From: the human T2T-CHM13v2.0 reference genome, Homo sapiens
Assembly: GCF_009914755.1 (NCBI RefSeq)
Contig: NC_060929.1
Direction: 5' to 3' (one strand)
Length of the DNA stretch: 64,000 bases
Shown here: piece after piece, positions 26,801 through 39,700 of the stretch
Position numbering within the stretch: position 1 is the stretch's first letter
Layout of the letters: the number at the start of each line of letters is the position of its first letter
Made by a program: the position numbers and the translations under genes
Notes under the pieces: model-generated
The model's database searches: none
What the model was told of the DNA's origin: nothing
The model's input: the letters and a program-made list of their open reading frames with translations, nothing else

Positions 26801-27286
26801 ATGTGTGCGTTCAACTCACAGAGTTTAACCTTTCTTTTCATAGAGCAGTTAGGAAACACTCTGTTTGTAAAGTCTCCAAGTGGATATTCAGACCTCTTTG
26901 AGGCCTTCATTGGAAACGGGTTTTATTCATATAAGGCTAGACAGAAGAATTCCCAGTAACTTCCTTGTGTTGTGTGTGTTCAACTCACAGAGTTGAACTT
27001 TGATTTACACAGAGCAGATTTGAAACACTCTTTTTGTGGAATTTGCAAGTGGAAATTTCAAGCGCTTTGAGGCCAAAGGCAGAAAAGGAAATATCTTCGT
27101 ATAAAAACTAGACAGAATCATTCTCAGAAACTGCTCTGCGATGTGTGCGTTCAACTCTCAGAGTTTAACTTTTCTTTTCATTCAGCAGTTTGGAAACACT
27201 CTGTTTGTAAAGTCTGCACGTGGATATTTTGACCACTTAGAGGCCTTCGTTGGAAACGGGTTTTTTTCCTGTAAGGCTAGACAGAA
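23888..27286 (+). repeat. 20-mer HOR variant (3399 bp)
   Basis: Marker spacing 23946 to 27345 = 2039 + 2x680. Confidence 0.9.
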
Positions 27287-30200
27287 GAATTCCCAGTAAC
27301 TTCCTTGTGTTGTGTACATTCAACTCACAGAGTTGAACGTTCCCTTAGACAGAGCAGATTTGAAACACTCTTTTTGTGCAATTGGCAAGTGGAGATTTCA
27401 AGCGCTTTAAGGTCAATGGCAGAAAAGGAAATATCTTCGTTTCAAAACTAGACAGAATCATTCCCACAAACTGCGTTGTGATGTGTTCGTTCATCTCACA
27501 GAGTTTAACCTTTCTTTTCGTAGAGCAGTTAGGAAACAGTCTGTTTGTAAATTCTGTAAGTGGATATTCTGACATCTTGTGGCCTTCGTTGGAAACGGGA
27601 TTTCTTCATATTCTGCTAGACAGAAGAATTCTCAGAATCTTCCTTGTGTTGTGTGTATTCAACTCACACAGTTGAACGATTGTTTACACAGAGCAGATTT
27701 GAAACACTCTTTCTGTGGAATTTGCAAGTGGAGATTTCAGCCGCTTTGAGGTCCATGGTAGAAAAGGAAATATCTTCGTATAACAACTAGACAGAATGAT
27801 TCTCAGAAACTTCTTTGTGATGTGTGCGTTCAACTCACAGAGTTTAACCTTTCTTTTCATGGAGCAGTTAGGAAACACTCTGTTTGTAAACTCTGCAAGT
27901 GGATATTCAGACCTCTTTGAGGCCTTCGTTGGAAACGGGATTTCTTCATACTGTGCTAGACAGAAGAATTCTCAGTAACTTCCTTGTGTTGTGTGTATTC
28001 AACTCACAGAGTTGAACGATCCTTTACACAGAGCGGACTTGAAACACTCTTTTTGTGGAATTTGCAAGTGGAGATTTCAGCCGCGTTGAGGTCAATGGTA
28101 GAAAAGGAAATATCTTCGTATAAAAACTAGACAGAATGATTCTCAGAAACTCCTTTGTGATGTGTGTGTTCAACTCACAGAGTTTAACATTTCTTTTCAT
28201 AGAGCAGTTAGGAAACACTCTGTTTGTAAAGTCTGCAAGTGGATATTCAGACCTCTTTGAGGCCTTCGTTGGAAACGGGTTTTTTTCATATAAGGCTAGA
28301 CAGAAGAATTCCCAGTAACTTCCTTGTGTTGTGTGTGTTCAACTCACAGAGTTGAACTTTCATTTACACAGAGCAGATTTGAAACACTCTTTTTGTGGAA
28401 TTTGCAAGTGGAGATTTCAAGCGCTTTGAGGCCAAAGGCAGAAAAGTAAATATCTTCGTATAAAAACTAGACAGAATCATTCTCAGAAACTGCTCTGCGA
28501 TGTGTGCGTTCAACTCTCAGAGTTTAACTTTTCTTTTCATTCAGCAGTTTGGAAACACTCTGTTTGTAAAGTCTGCACGTGGATAATTTGACCACTTAGA
28601 GGCCTTCGTTGGAAACGGGTTTTTTTCATGTAAGGCTAGACAGAAGAATTCTCAGTAACTTCCTTGTGTTGTGTGTATTCAACTCACAGAGTTGAACGAT
28701 CCTTTACACAGAGCAGACTTGTAACACTCTTTTTGTGGAATTTGCAAGTGGAGATTTCAGCCGCTTTGAAGTCAAAGGTAGAAAAGGAAATATCTTCCTA
28801 TAAAAACTAGACAGAATGATTCTCAGAAACTCCTTTGTGATGTGTGCGTTCAACTCACAGAGTTTAACCTTTCTTTTCATAGAGCAGTTAGGAAACACTC
28901 TGCTTGTAAAGTCTGCAAGTGGATATTCAGCCCTCTTTGAGGCCTTCGTTGGAAACGGGTTTTTTTCATATAAGGCTAGACAGAAGAATTCCCAGTAACT
29001 TCCTTGTGTTGTGTGTGTTCAACTCACAGAGTTGAACTTTCATTTACACAGAGCAGATTTGAAACACTCTTTTTGTGGAATTTGCAAGTGGAGATTTCAA
29101 GCGCTTTGAGGCCAAAGGCAGAAAAGGAAATATCTTCGTATAAAAACTAGACAGAATCATTCTCAGAAACTGCTCTGCGATGTGTGCGTTCAACTCTCAG
29201 AGTTTAACTTTTCTTTTCATTCAGCAGTTTGGAAACACTCTGTTTGTAAAGTCTGCACGTGGATATTTTGACCACTTAGAGGCCTTCGTTGGAAACGGGT
29301 TTTTTTCCTGTAAGGCTAGACAGAAGAATTCCCAGTAACTTCCTTGTGTTGTGTACATTCAACTCACAGAGTTGAACGTTCCCTTAGACAGAGCAGATTT
29401 GGAACACTCTTTTTGTGCAATTGGCAAGTGGAGATTTCAAGCGCTTTGAGGTCAATGGCAGAAAAGGAAATATCTTCGTTTCAAAACTAGACAGAATCAT
29501 TCCCACAAACTGCGTTGTGATGTGTTCGTTCAACTCACAGAGTTTAACCTTTCTTTTCATAGAGCAGTTAGGAAACAGTCTGTTTGAAAATTCTGTAAGT
29601 GGATATTCTGACATCTTGTGGCCTTCGTTGGAAACGGGATTTCTTCATATTCTGCTAGACAGAAGAATTCTCAGAATCTTCCTTGTGTTGTGTGTATTCA
29701 ACTCACAGAGTTGAACGATGGTTTACACAGAGCAGATTTGAAACACTCATTTGGTGGAATTTGCAAGTGGAGATTTCAGCCGCTTTGAGGTCAATGGTAG
29801 AAAAGGAAATATCTTCGTATAACAACTAGACAGAATGATTCTCAGAAACTTCTTTGTGATGTGTGTGTTCAACTCACAGAGTTTAACCTTTCTTTTCATA
29901 GAGCAGTTAGGAAACACTGTGTTTTTAAACTCTGCAAGTGGATATTCAGACCTCTTTGAGGCCTTCCTTGGAAACGGGTTTCTTCATACTGTGCTAGACA
30001 GAAGAATTCTCAGTAACTACCTTGTGTTGTGTGTATTCAACTCACAGAGTTGAACGATCCTTTACACAGAGCCGACTTGAAACACTCTTTTTGTGGAATT
30101 TGCAAGTGGAGATTTCAGCCGCGTTGAGGTCAATGGTAGAAAAGGAAATATCTTCGTATAAAAACTAGACAGAATGATTCTCAGAAACTGCTTTGTGATG

Positions 30201-33200
30201 TGTGTGTTCAACTCACAGAGTTTAACATTTCTTTTCATAGAGCAGTTAGGAAACACTCTGTTTGTAAAGTCTGCAAGTGGATATTCAGACCTCTTTGAGG
30301 CCTTCGTTGGAAACGGGTTTTTTTCATATAAGGCTAGACAGAAGAATTCCCAGTAACTTCCTTGTGTTGTGTGTGTTCAACTCACAGAGTTGAACTTTCA
30401 TTTACACAGAGCAGATTTGAAACACTCTTTTTGTGGAATTTGCAAGTGGAGATTTCAAGCGCTTTCAGGCCAAAGGCAGAAAAGGAAATATCTTCGTATA
30501 AAAACTAGACAGAATCATTCTCAGAAACTGCTCTGCGATGTGTGCGTTCAACTCTCAGAGTTTAACTTTTCTTTTCATTCAGCAGTTTGGAAACACTCTG
30601 TTTATAAAGTCTGCACGTGGATAATTTGACCACTTAGAGGCCTTCGTTGGAAACGGGTTTTTTTCATGTAAGGCTAGACAGAAGAATTCTCAGTAACTTC
30701 CTTGTGTTGTGTGTATTCAACTCACAGAGTTGAACGATCCTTTACACAGAGCAGACTTGTAACACTCTTTTTGTGGAATTTGCAAGTGGAGATTTCAGCC
30801 GCTTTGAAGTCAAAGGTAGAAAAGGAAATATCTTCCTATAAAAACTAGACAGAATGATTCTCAGAAACTCCTTTGTGATGTGTGCGTTCAACTCACAGAG
30901 TTTAACCTTTCTTTTCATAGAGCAGTTAGGAAACACTCTGCTTGTAAAGTCTGCAAGTGGATATTCAGCCCTCTTTGAGGCCTTCGTTGGAAACGGGTTT
31001 TTTTCATATAAGGCTAGACAGAAGAATTCCCAGTAACTTCTTTGTGTTGTGTGTGTTCAACTCACAGAGTTGAACTTTCATTTACACAGAGCAGATTTGA
31101 AACACTCTTTTTGTGGAATTTGCAAGTGGAGATTTCAAGCGCTTTGAGGCCAAAGGCAGAAAAGGAAATATCTTCGTATAAAAACTAGACAGAATCATTC
31201 TCAGAAACTGCTCTGCGATGTGTGCGTTCAACTCTCAGAGTTTAACTTTTCTTTTCTTTCAGCAGTTTGGAAACACTCTGTTTGTAAAGTCTGCACGTGG
31301 ATATTTTGACCACTTAGAGGCCTTCGTTGGAAACGGGTTTTTTTCCTGTAAGGCTAGACAGAAGAATTCCCAGTAACTTCCTTGTGTTGTGTACATTCAA
31401 CTCACAGAGTTGAACGTTCCCTTAGACAGAGCAGATTTGAAACACTCTTTTTGTGCAATTGGCAAGTGGAGATTTCAAGCGCTTTGAGGTCAATGGCAGA
31501 AAAGGAAATATCTTCGTTTCAAAACTAGACAGAATCATTCCCACAAACTGCGTTGTGATGTGTTCGTTCATCTCACAGAGTTTAACCTTTCTTTTCGTAG
31601 AGCAGTTAGGAAACAGTCTGTTTGTAAATTCTGTAAGTGGATATTCTGACATCTTGTGGCCTTCGTTGGAAATGGGATTTCTTCATATTCTGCTAGACAG
31701 AAGAATTCTCAGAATCTTCCTTGTGTTGTGTGTATTCAACTCACAGAGTTGAACGATGGTTTACACAGAGCAGATTTGAAACACTCTTTTTGTGGAATTT
31801 GCAAGTGGAGATTTCAGCCGCTTTGAGGTCAATGGTAGAAAAGGAAATATCTTCGTATAAAAACTAGACAGAATGATTCTCAGAAACTTCTTTGTGATGT
31901 GTGCGTTCAACTCACAGAGTTTAACCTTTCTTTTCATAGAGCAGTTATGAAACACTCTGTTTGTAAACTCTGCAAGTGGATATTCAGACCTCTTTGAGGC
32001 CTTCGTTGGAAACGGGATTTCTTCATACTGTGCTAGACAGAAGAATTCTCAGTAACTTCCTTGTGTTGTGTGTATTCAACTCACAGAGTTGAACGATCCT
32101 TTACACAGAGCAGACTTGAAACACTCTTTTTGTGGAATTTGCAAGTGGAGATTTCAGCCGCTTTGAGGTCAATGGTAGAAAAGGAAATATCTTCGTATAA
32201 AAACTAGACAGAATGATTCTCAGAAACTCCTTTGTGATTTGTGTGTTCAATTCACAGAGTTTAACATTTCTTTTCATAGAGCAGTTAGGAAACACTCTGT
32301 TTGTAAAGTCTGCAAGTGGATATTCAGACCTCTTTGAGGCCTTCGTTGGAAACGGGTTTTTTTAATATAAGGCTAGACAGAAGAATTCCCAGTAACTTCC
32401 TTGTGTTGTGTGTGTTCAACTCACAGAGTTGAACTTTCATTTACACAGAGCAGATTTGAAACACTCTTTTTGTGGAATTTGCAAGTGGAGATTTCAAGCG
32501 CTTTCAGGCCAAAGGCAGAAAAGGAAATATCTTCGTATAAAAACTAGACAGAATCATTCTCAGAAACTGCTCTGCGATGTGTGCGTTCAACTCTCAGAGT
32601 TTAACTTTTCTTTTCATTCAGCAGTTTGGAAACACTCTGTTTGTAAAGTCTGCACGTGGATAATTTGACCACTTAGAGGCCTTCGTTGGAAACGGGTTTT
32701 TTTCATGTAAGGCTAGACAGAAGAATTCTCAGTAACTTCCTTGTGTTGTGTGTATTCAACTCACAGAGTTGAACGATCCTTTACACAGAGCAGACTTGTA
32801 ACACTCTTTTTGTGGAATTTGCAAGTGGAGATTTCAGCCGCTTTGAAGTCAAAGGTAGAAAAGGAAATATCTTCCTATAAAAACTAGACAGAATGATTCT
32901 CAGAAACTCCTTTGTGATGTGTGCGTTCAACTCACAGAGTTTAACCTTTCTTTTCATAGAGCAGTTAGGAAACACTCTGCTTGTAAAGTCTGCAAGTGGA
33001 TATTCAGCCCTCTTTGAGGCCTTCGTTGGAAACGGGTTTTTTTCATATAAGGCTAGACAGAAGAATTCCCAGTAACTTCCTTGTGTTGTGTGTGTTCAAC
33101 TCACAGAGTTGAACTTTGATTTACACAGAGCAGATTTGAAACACTCTTTTTGTGGAATTTGCAAGTGGAGATTTCAAGCGCTTTGAGGCCAAAGGCAGAA

Positions 33201-35441
33201 AAGGAAATATCTTCGTATAAAAACTAGACAGAATCATTCTCAGAAACTGCTCTGCGATGTGTGCGTTCAACTCTCAGAGTTTAACTTTTCTTTTCATTCA
33301 GCAGTTTGGAAACACTCTGTTTGTAAAGTCTGCACGTGGATATTTTGACCACTTAGAGGCCTTCGTTGGAAACGGGTTTTTTTCCTGTAAGGCTAGACAG
33401 AAGATTTCCCAGTAAATTCCTTGTGTTGTGTACATTCAACTCACAGAGTTGAACGTTCCCTTAGACAGAGCAGATTTGAAACACTCTTTTTGTGCAATTG
33501 GCAAGTGGAGATTTCAAGCGCTTTAAGGTCAATGGCAGAAAAGGAAATATCTTCGTTTCAAAACTAGACAGAATCATTCCCACAAACTGCGTTGTGATGT
33601 GTTCGTTCATCTCACAGAGTTTAACCTTTCTTTTCATAGAGCAGTTAGGAAACAGTCTGTTTGTAAATTCTGTAAGTGGATATTCTGACATCTTGTGGCC
33701 TTCGTTGGAAACGGGATTTCTTCATATTCTGCTAGACAGAAGAATTCTCAGAATCTTCCTTGTGTTGTGTGTGTTCAACTCACAGAGTTGAACTTTCATT
33801 TACACAGAGCAGATTTGAAACACTCCTTTTGTGGAATTTGCAAGTGGAGATTTCAGCCGCTTTGAGGTCAATGGTAGAAAAGGAAATATCTTCGTATAAA
33901 AACTAGACAGAATGATTCTCAGAAACTTCTTTGTGATGTGTGCGTTCAACTCACAGAGTTTAACCTTTCTTTTCATAGAGCAGTTATGAAACACTCTGTT
34001 TGTAAACTCTGCAAGTGGATATTCAGACCTCTTTGAGGCCTTCGTTGGAAACGGGATTTCTTCATACTGTGCTAGACAGAAGAATTCTCAGTAACTTCCT
34101 TGTGTTGTGTGTATTCAACTCACAGAGTTGAACGATCCTTTACACAGAGCAGACTTGAAACACTCTTTTTGTGGAATTTGCAAGTGGAGATTTCAGCCGC
34201 GTTGAGGTCAATGGTAGAAAAGGAAATATCTTCGTATAAAAACTAGACAGAATGATTCTCAGAAACTCCTTTGTGATTTGTGTGTTCAACTCACAGAGTT
34301 TAACATTTCTTTTCATAGAGCAGTTAGGAAACACTCTGTTTGTAAAGTCTGCAAGTGGATATTCAGACCTCTTTGAGGCCTTCGTTGGAAACGGGTTTTT
34401 TTCATATAAGGCTAGACAGAAGAATTCCCAGTAACTTCCTTGTGTTGTGTGTGTTCAACTCACAGAGTTGAACTTTCATTTACACAGAGCAGATTTGAAA
34501 CACTCTTTTTGTGGAATTTGCAAATGGAGATTTCAAGCGCTTTGAGGCCAAAGGCAGAAAAGGAAATATCTTCGTATAAAAACTAGACAGAATCATTCTC
34601 AAAAACTGCTCTGCGATGTGTGCGTTCAACTCTCAGAGTTTAACTTTTCTTTTCATTCAGCAGTTTGGAAACACTCTGTTTGTAAAGTCTGCACGTGGAT
34701 AATTTGACCACTTAGAGGCTTTGGTTGGAAACGGGTTTTTTTCATGTAAGGCTAGACAGAAGAATTCTCAGTAACTTCCTTGTGTTGTGTACATTCAACT
34801 CACAGAGTTGAACGATCCTTTACACAGAGCAGACTTGTAACACTCTTTTTGTGGCATTTGCAAGTGGAGATTTCAGCCGCTTTGAAGTCAAAGGTAGAAA
34901 AGGAAATATCTTCCTATAAAAACTAGACAGAATGATTCTCAGAAACTCCTTTGTGATGTGTGCGTTCAACTCACAGAGTTTAACCTTTCTTTTCATAGAG
35001 CAGTTAGGAAACACTCTGCTTGTAAAGTCTGCAAGTGGATATTCAGCCCTCTTTGAGGCCTTCGTTGGAAACGGGTTTTTTTCATATAAGGCTAGACAGA
35101 AGAATTCCCAGTAACTTCCTTGTGTTGTGTGTGTTCAACTCACAGAGTTGAACTTTCATTTACACAGAGCAGATTTGAAACACTCTTTTTGTGGAATTTG
35201 CAAGTGGAGATTTCAAGCGCTTTGAGGCCAAAGGCAGAAAAGGAAATATCTTCGTATAAAAACTAGACAGAATCATTCTCAGAAACTGCTCTGCGATGTG
35301 TGCGTTCAACTCTCAGAGTTTAACTTTTCTTTTCATTCAGCAGTTTGGAAACACTCTGTTTGTAAAGTCTGCACGTGGATATTTTGACCACTTAGAGGCC
35401 TTCGTTGGAAACGGGTTTTTTTCCTGTAAGGCTAGACAGAA
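27287..35441 (+). repeat. Four 12-mer HORs (2039, 2038, 2039, 2039 bp)
   Basis: Marker ORFs at 27345, 29384, 31422, 33461, 35500. Confidence 0.92.
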
Positions 35442-36799
35442 GAATTCCCAGTAACTTCCTTGTGTTGTGTACATTCAACTCACAGAGTTGAACGTTCCCT
35501 TAGACAGAGCAGATTTGGAACACTCTTTTTGTGCAATTGGCAAGTGGAGATTTCAAGCGCTTTGAGGTCAATGGCAGAAAAGGAAATATCTTCGTTTCAA
35601 AACTAGACAGAATCATTCCCACAAACTGCGTTGTGATGTGTTCGTTCAACTCACAGAGTTTAACCTTTCTTTTCATAGAGCAGTTAGGAAACAGTCTGTT
35701 TGAAAATTCTGTAAGTGGATATTCTGACATCTTGTGGCCTTCGTTGGAAACGGGATTTCTTCATATTCTGCTAGACAGAAGAATTCTCAGAATCTTCCTT
35801 GTGTTGTGTGTATTCAACTCACAGAGTTGAACGATGGTTTACACAGAGCAGATTTGAAACACTCATTTGGTGGAATTTGCAAGTGGAGATTTCAGCCGCT
35901 TTGAGGTCAATGGTAGAAAAGGAAATATCTTCGTATAACAACTAGACAGAATGATTCTCAGAAACTTCTTTGTGATGTGTGTGTTCAACTCACAGAGTTT
36001 AACCTTTCTTTTCATAGAGCAGTTAGGAAACACTGTGTTTTTAAACTCTGCAAGTGGATATTCAGACCTCTTTGAGGCCTTCCTTGGAAACGGGTTTCTT
36101 CATACTGTGCTAGACAGAAGAATTCTCAGTAACTTCCTTGTGTTGTGTGTATTCAACTCACAGAGTTGAACGATCCTTTACACAGAGCCGACTTGAAACA
36201 CTCTTTTTGTGGAATTTGCAAGTGGAGATTTCAGCCGCGTTGAGGTCAATGGTAGAAAAGGAAATATCTTCGTATAAAAACTAGACAGAATGATTCTCAG
36301 AAACTGCTTTGTGATGTGTGTGTTCAACTCACAGAGTTTAACATTTCTTTTCATAGAGCAGTTAGGAAACACTCTGTTTGTAAAGTCTGCAAGTGGATAT
36401 TCAGACCTCTTTGAGGCCTTCGTTGGAAACGGGTTTTTTTCATATAAGGCTAGACAGAAGAATTCCCAGTAACTTCCTTGTGTTGTGTGTGTTCAACTCA
36501 CAGAGTTGAACTTTCATTTACACAGAGCAGATTTGAAACACTCTTTTTGTGGAATTTGCAAATGGAGATTTCAAGCGCTTTGAGGCCAAAGGCAGAAAAG
36601 GAAATATCTTCGTATAAAAACTAGACAGAATCATTCTCAGAAACTGCTCTGCGATGTGTGCGTTCAACTCTCAGAGTTTAACTTTTCTTTTCATTCAGCA
36701 GTTTGGAAACACTCTGTTTGTAAAGTCTGCACGTGGATATTTTGACCACTTAGAGGCCTTCGTTGGAAACGGGTTTTTTTCCTGTAAGGCTAGACAGAA
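35442..36799 (+). repeat. 8-mer HOR variant (1358 bp)
   Basis: Marker spacing 35500 to 36858; no P dimer is present. Confidence 0.9.
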
Positions 36800-39700
36800 G
36801 AATTCCCAGTAACTTCCTTGTGTTGTGTACATTCAACTCACAGAGTTGAACGTTCCCTTAGACAGAGCAGATTTGAAACACTCTTTTTGTGCAATTGGCA
36901 AGTGGAGATTTCAAGCGCTTTAAGGTCAATGGCAGAAAAGGAAATATCTTCGTTTCAAAACTAGACAGAATCATTCCCACAAACTGCGTTGTGATGTGTT
37001 CGTTCATCTCACAGAGTTTAACCTTTCTTTTCATAGAGCAGTTAGGAAACAGTCTGTTTGTAAATTCTGTAAGTGGATATTCTGACATCTTGTGGCCTTC
37101 GTTGGAAACGGGATTTCTTCATATTCTGCTAGACAGAAGAATTCTCAGAATCTTCCTTGTGTTGTGTGTATTCAACTCACACAGTTGAACGATTGTTTAC
37201 ACAGAGCAGATTTGAAACACTCTTTCTGTGGAATTTGCAAGTGGAGATTTCAGCCGCTTTGAGGTCAATGGTAGAAAAGGAAATATCTTCGTATAAAAAC
37301 TAGACAGAATGATTCTCAGAAACTTCTTTGTGATGTGTGCGTTCAACTCACAGAGTTTAACCTTTCTTTTCATGGAGCAGTTAGGAAACACTCTGTTTGT
37401 AAACTCTGCAAGTGGATATTCAGACCTCTTTGAGGCCTTCGTTGGAAACGGGATTTCTTCATACTGTGTAGACAGAAGAATTCTCAGTAACTTCCTTGTG
37501 TTGTGTGTATTCAACTCACAGAGTTGAACGATCCTTTACACAGAGCAGACTTGAAACACTCTTTTTGTGGAATTTGCATGTGGAGATTTCAGCCGCGTTG
37601 AGGTCAATGGTAGAAAAGGAAATATCTTCGTATAAAAACTAGACAGAATGATTCTCAGAAACTCCTTTGTGATGTGTGTGTTCAACTCACAGAGTTTAAC
37701 ATTTCTTTTCATAGAGCAGTTAGGAAACACTCTGTTTGTAAAGTCTGCAAGTGGATATTCAGACCTCTTTGAGGCCTTCGTTGGAAACGGGTTTTTTTCA
37801 TATAAGGCTAGACAGAAGAATTCCCAGTAACTTCCTTGTGTTGTGTGTGTTCAACTCACAGAGTTGAACTTTCATTTACACAGAGCAGATTTGAAACACT
37901 CTTTTTGTGGAATTTGCAAGTGGAGATTTCAAGCGCTTTGAGGCCAAAGGCAGAAAAGGAAATATCTTCGTATAAAAACTAGACAGAATCATTCTCAGAA
38001 ACTGCTCTGCGATGTGTGCCTTCAACTCTCAGAGTTTAACTTTTCTTTTCATTCAGCAGTTTGGAAACACTCTGTTTGTAAAGTCTGCACGTGGATAATT
38101 TGACCACTTAGAGGCCTTCGTTGGAAACGGGTTTTTTTCATGTAAGGCTAGACAGAAGAATTCTCAGTAACTTCCTTGTGTTGTGTGTATTCAACTCACA
38201 CAGTTGAACGATCCTTTACACAGAGCAGACTTGTAACACTCTTTTTGTGGAATTTGCAAGTGGAGATTTCAGCCGCTTTGAAGTCAAAGGTAGAAAAGGA
38301 AATATCTTCCTATAAAAACTAGACAGAATGATTCTCAGAAACTCCTTTGTGATGTGTGCGTTCAACTCACAGAGTTTAACCTTTCTTTTCATAGAGCAGT
38401 TAGGAAACACTCTGCTTGTAAAGTCTGCAAGTGGATATTCAGCCCTCTTTGAGGCCATCGTTGGAAACGGGTTTTTTTCATATAAGGCTAGACAGAAGAA
38501 TTCCCAGTAACTTCCTTGTGTTGTGTGTGTTCAACTCACAGAGTTGAACTTTGATTTACACAGAGCAGATTTGAAACACTCTTTTTGTGGAATTTGCAAG
38601 TGGAGATTTCAAGCGCTTTGAGGCCAAAGGCAGAAAAGGAAATATCTTCGTATAAAAACTAGACAGAATCATTCTCAGAAACTGCTCTGTGATGTGTGCG
38701 TTCAACTCTCAGAGTTTAACTTTTCTTTTCATTCAGCAGTTTGGAAACACTCTGTTTGTAAAGTCTGCACGTGGATATTTTGACCACTTAGAGGCCTTCG
38801 TTGGAAACGGGTTTTTTTCCTGTAAGGCTAGACAGAAGAATTCCCAGTAACTTCCTTGTGTTGTGTACATTCAACTCACAGAGTTGAACGTTCCCTTAGA
38901 CAGAGCAGATTTGAAACACTCTTTTTGTGCAATTGGCAAGTGGAGATTTCAAGCGCTTTGAGGTCAATGGCAGAAAAGGAAATATCTTCGTTTCAAAACT
39001 AGACAGAATCATTCCCACAAACTGCGTTGTGATGTGTTCGTTCATCTCACAGAGTTTAACCTTTCTTTTCGTAGAGCAGTTAGGAAACAGTCTGTTTGTA
39101 AATTCTGTAAGTGGATATTCTGACATCTTGTGGCCTTCGTTGGAAACGGGATTTCTTCATATTCTGCTAGACAGAAGAATTCTCAGAATCTTCCTTGTGT
39201 TGTGTGTATTCAACTCACACAGTTGAACGATTGTTTACACAGAGCAGATTTGAAACACTCTTTTTGTGGAATTTGCAAGTGGAGATTTCAGCCGCTTTGA
39301 GGTCAATGGTAGAAAAGGAAATATCTTCGTATAAAAACTAGACAGAATGATTCTCAGAAACTTCTTTGTGATGTGTGCGTTCAACTCACAGAGTTTAACC
39401 TTTCTTTTCATAGAGCAGTTAGGAAACACTCTGTTTGTAAACTCTGCAAGTGGATATTCAGACCTCTTTGAGGCCTTCGTTGGAAACGGGATTTCTTCAT
39501 ACTGTGCTAGACAGAAGAATTCTCAGTAACTTCCTTGTGTTGTGTGTATTCAACTCACAGAGTTGAACGATCCTTTACACAGAGCAGACTTGAAACGCTC
39601 TTTTTGTGGAATTTGCAAGTGGAGATTTCAGCCGCGTTGAGGTCAATGGTAGAAAAGGAAATATCTTCGTATAAAAACTAGACAGAATGATTCTCAGAAA

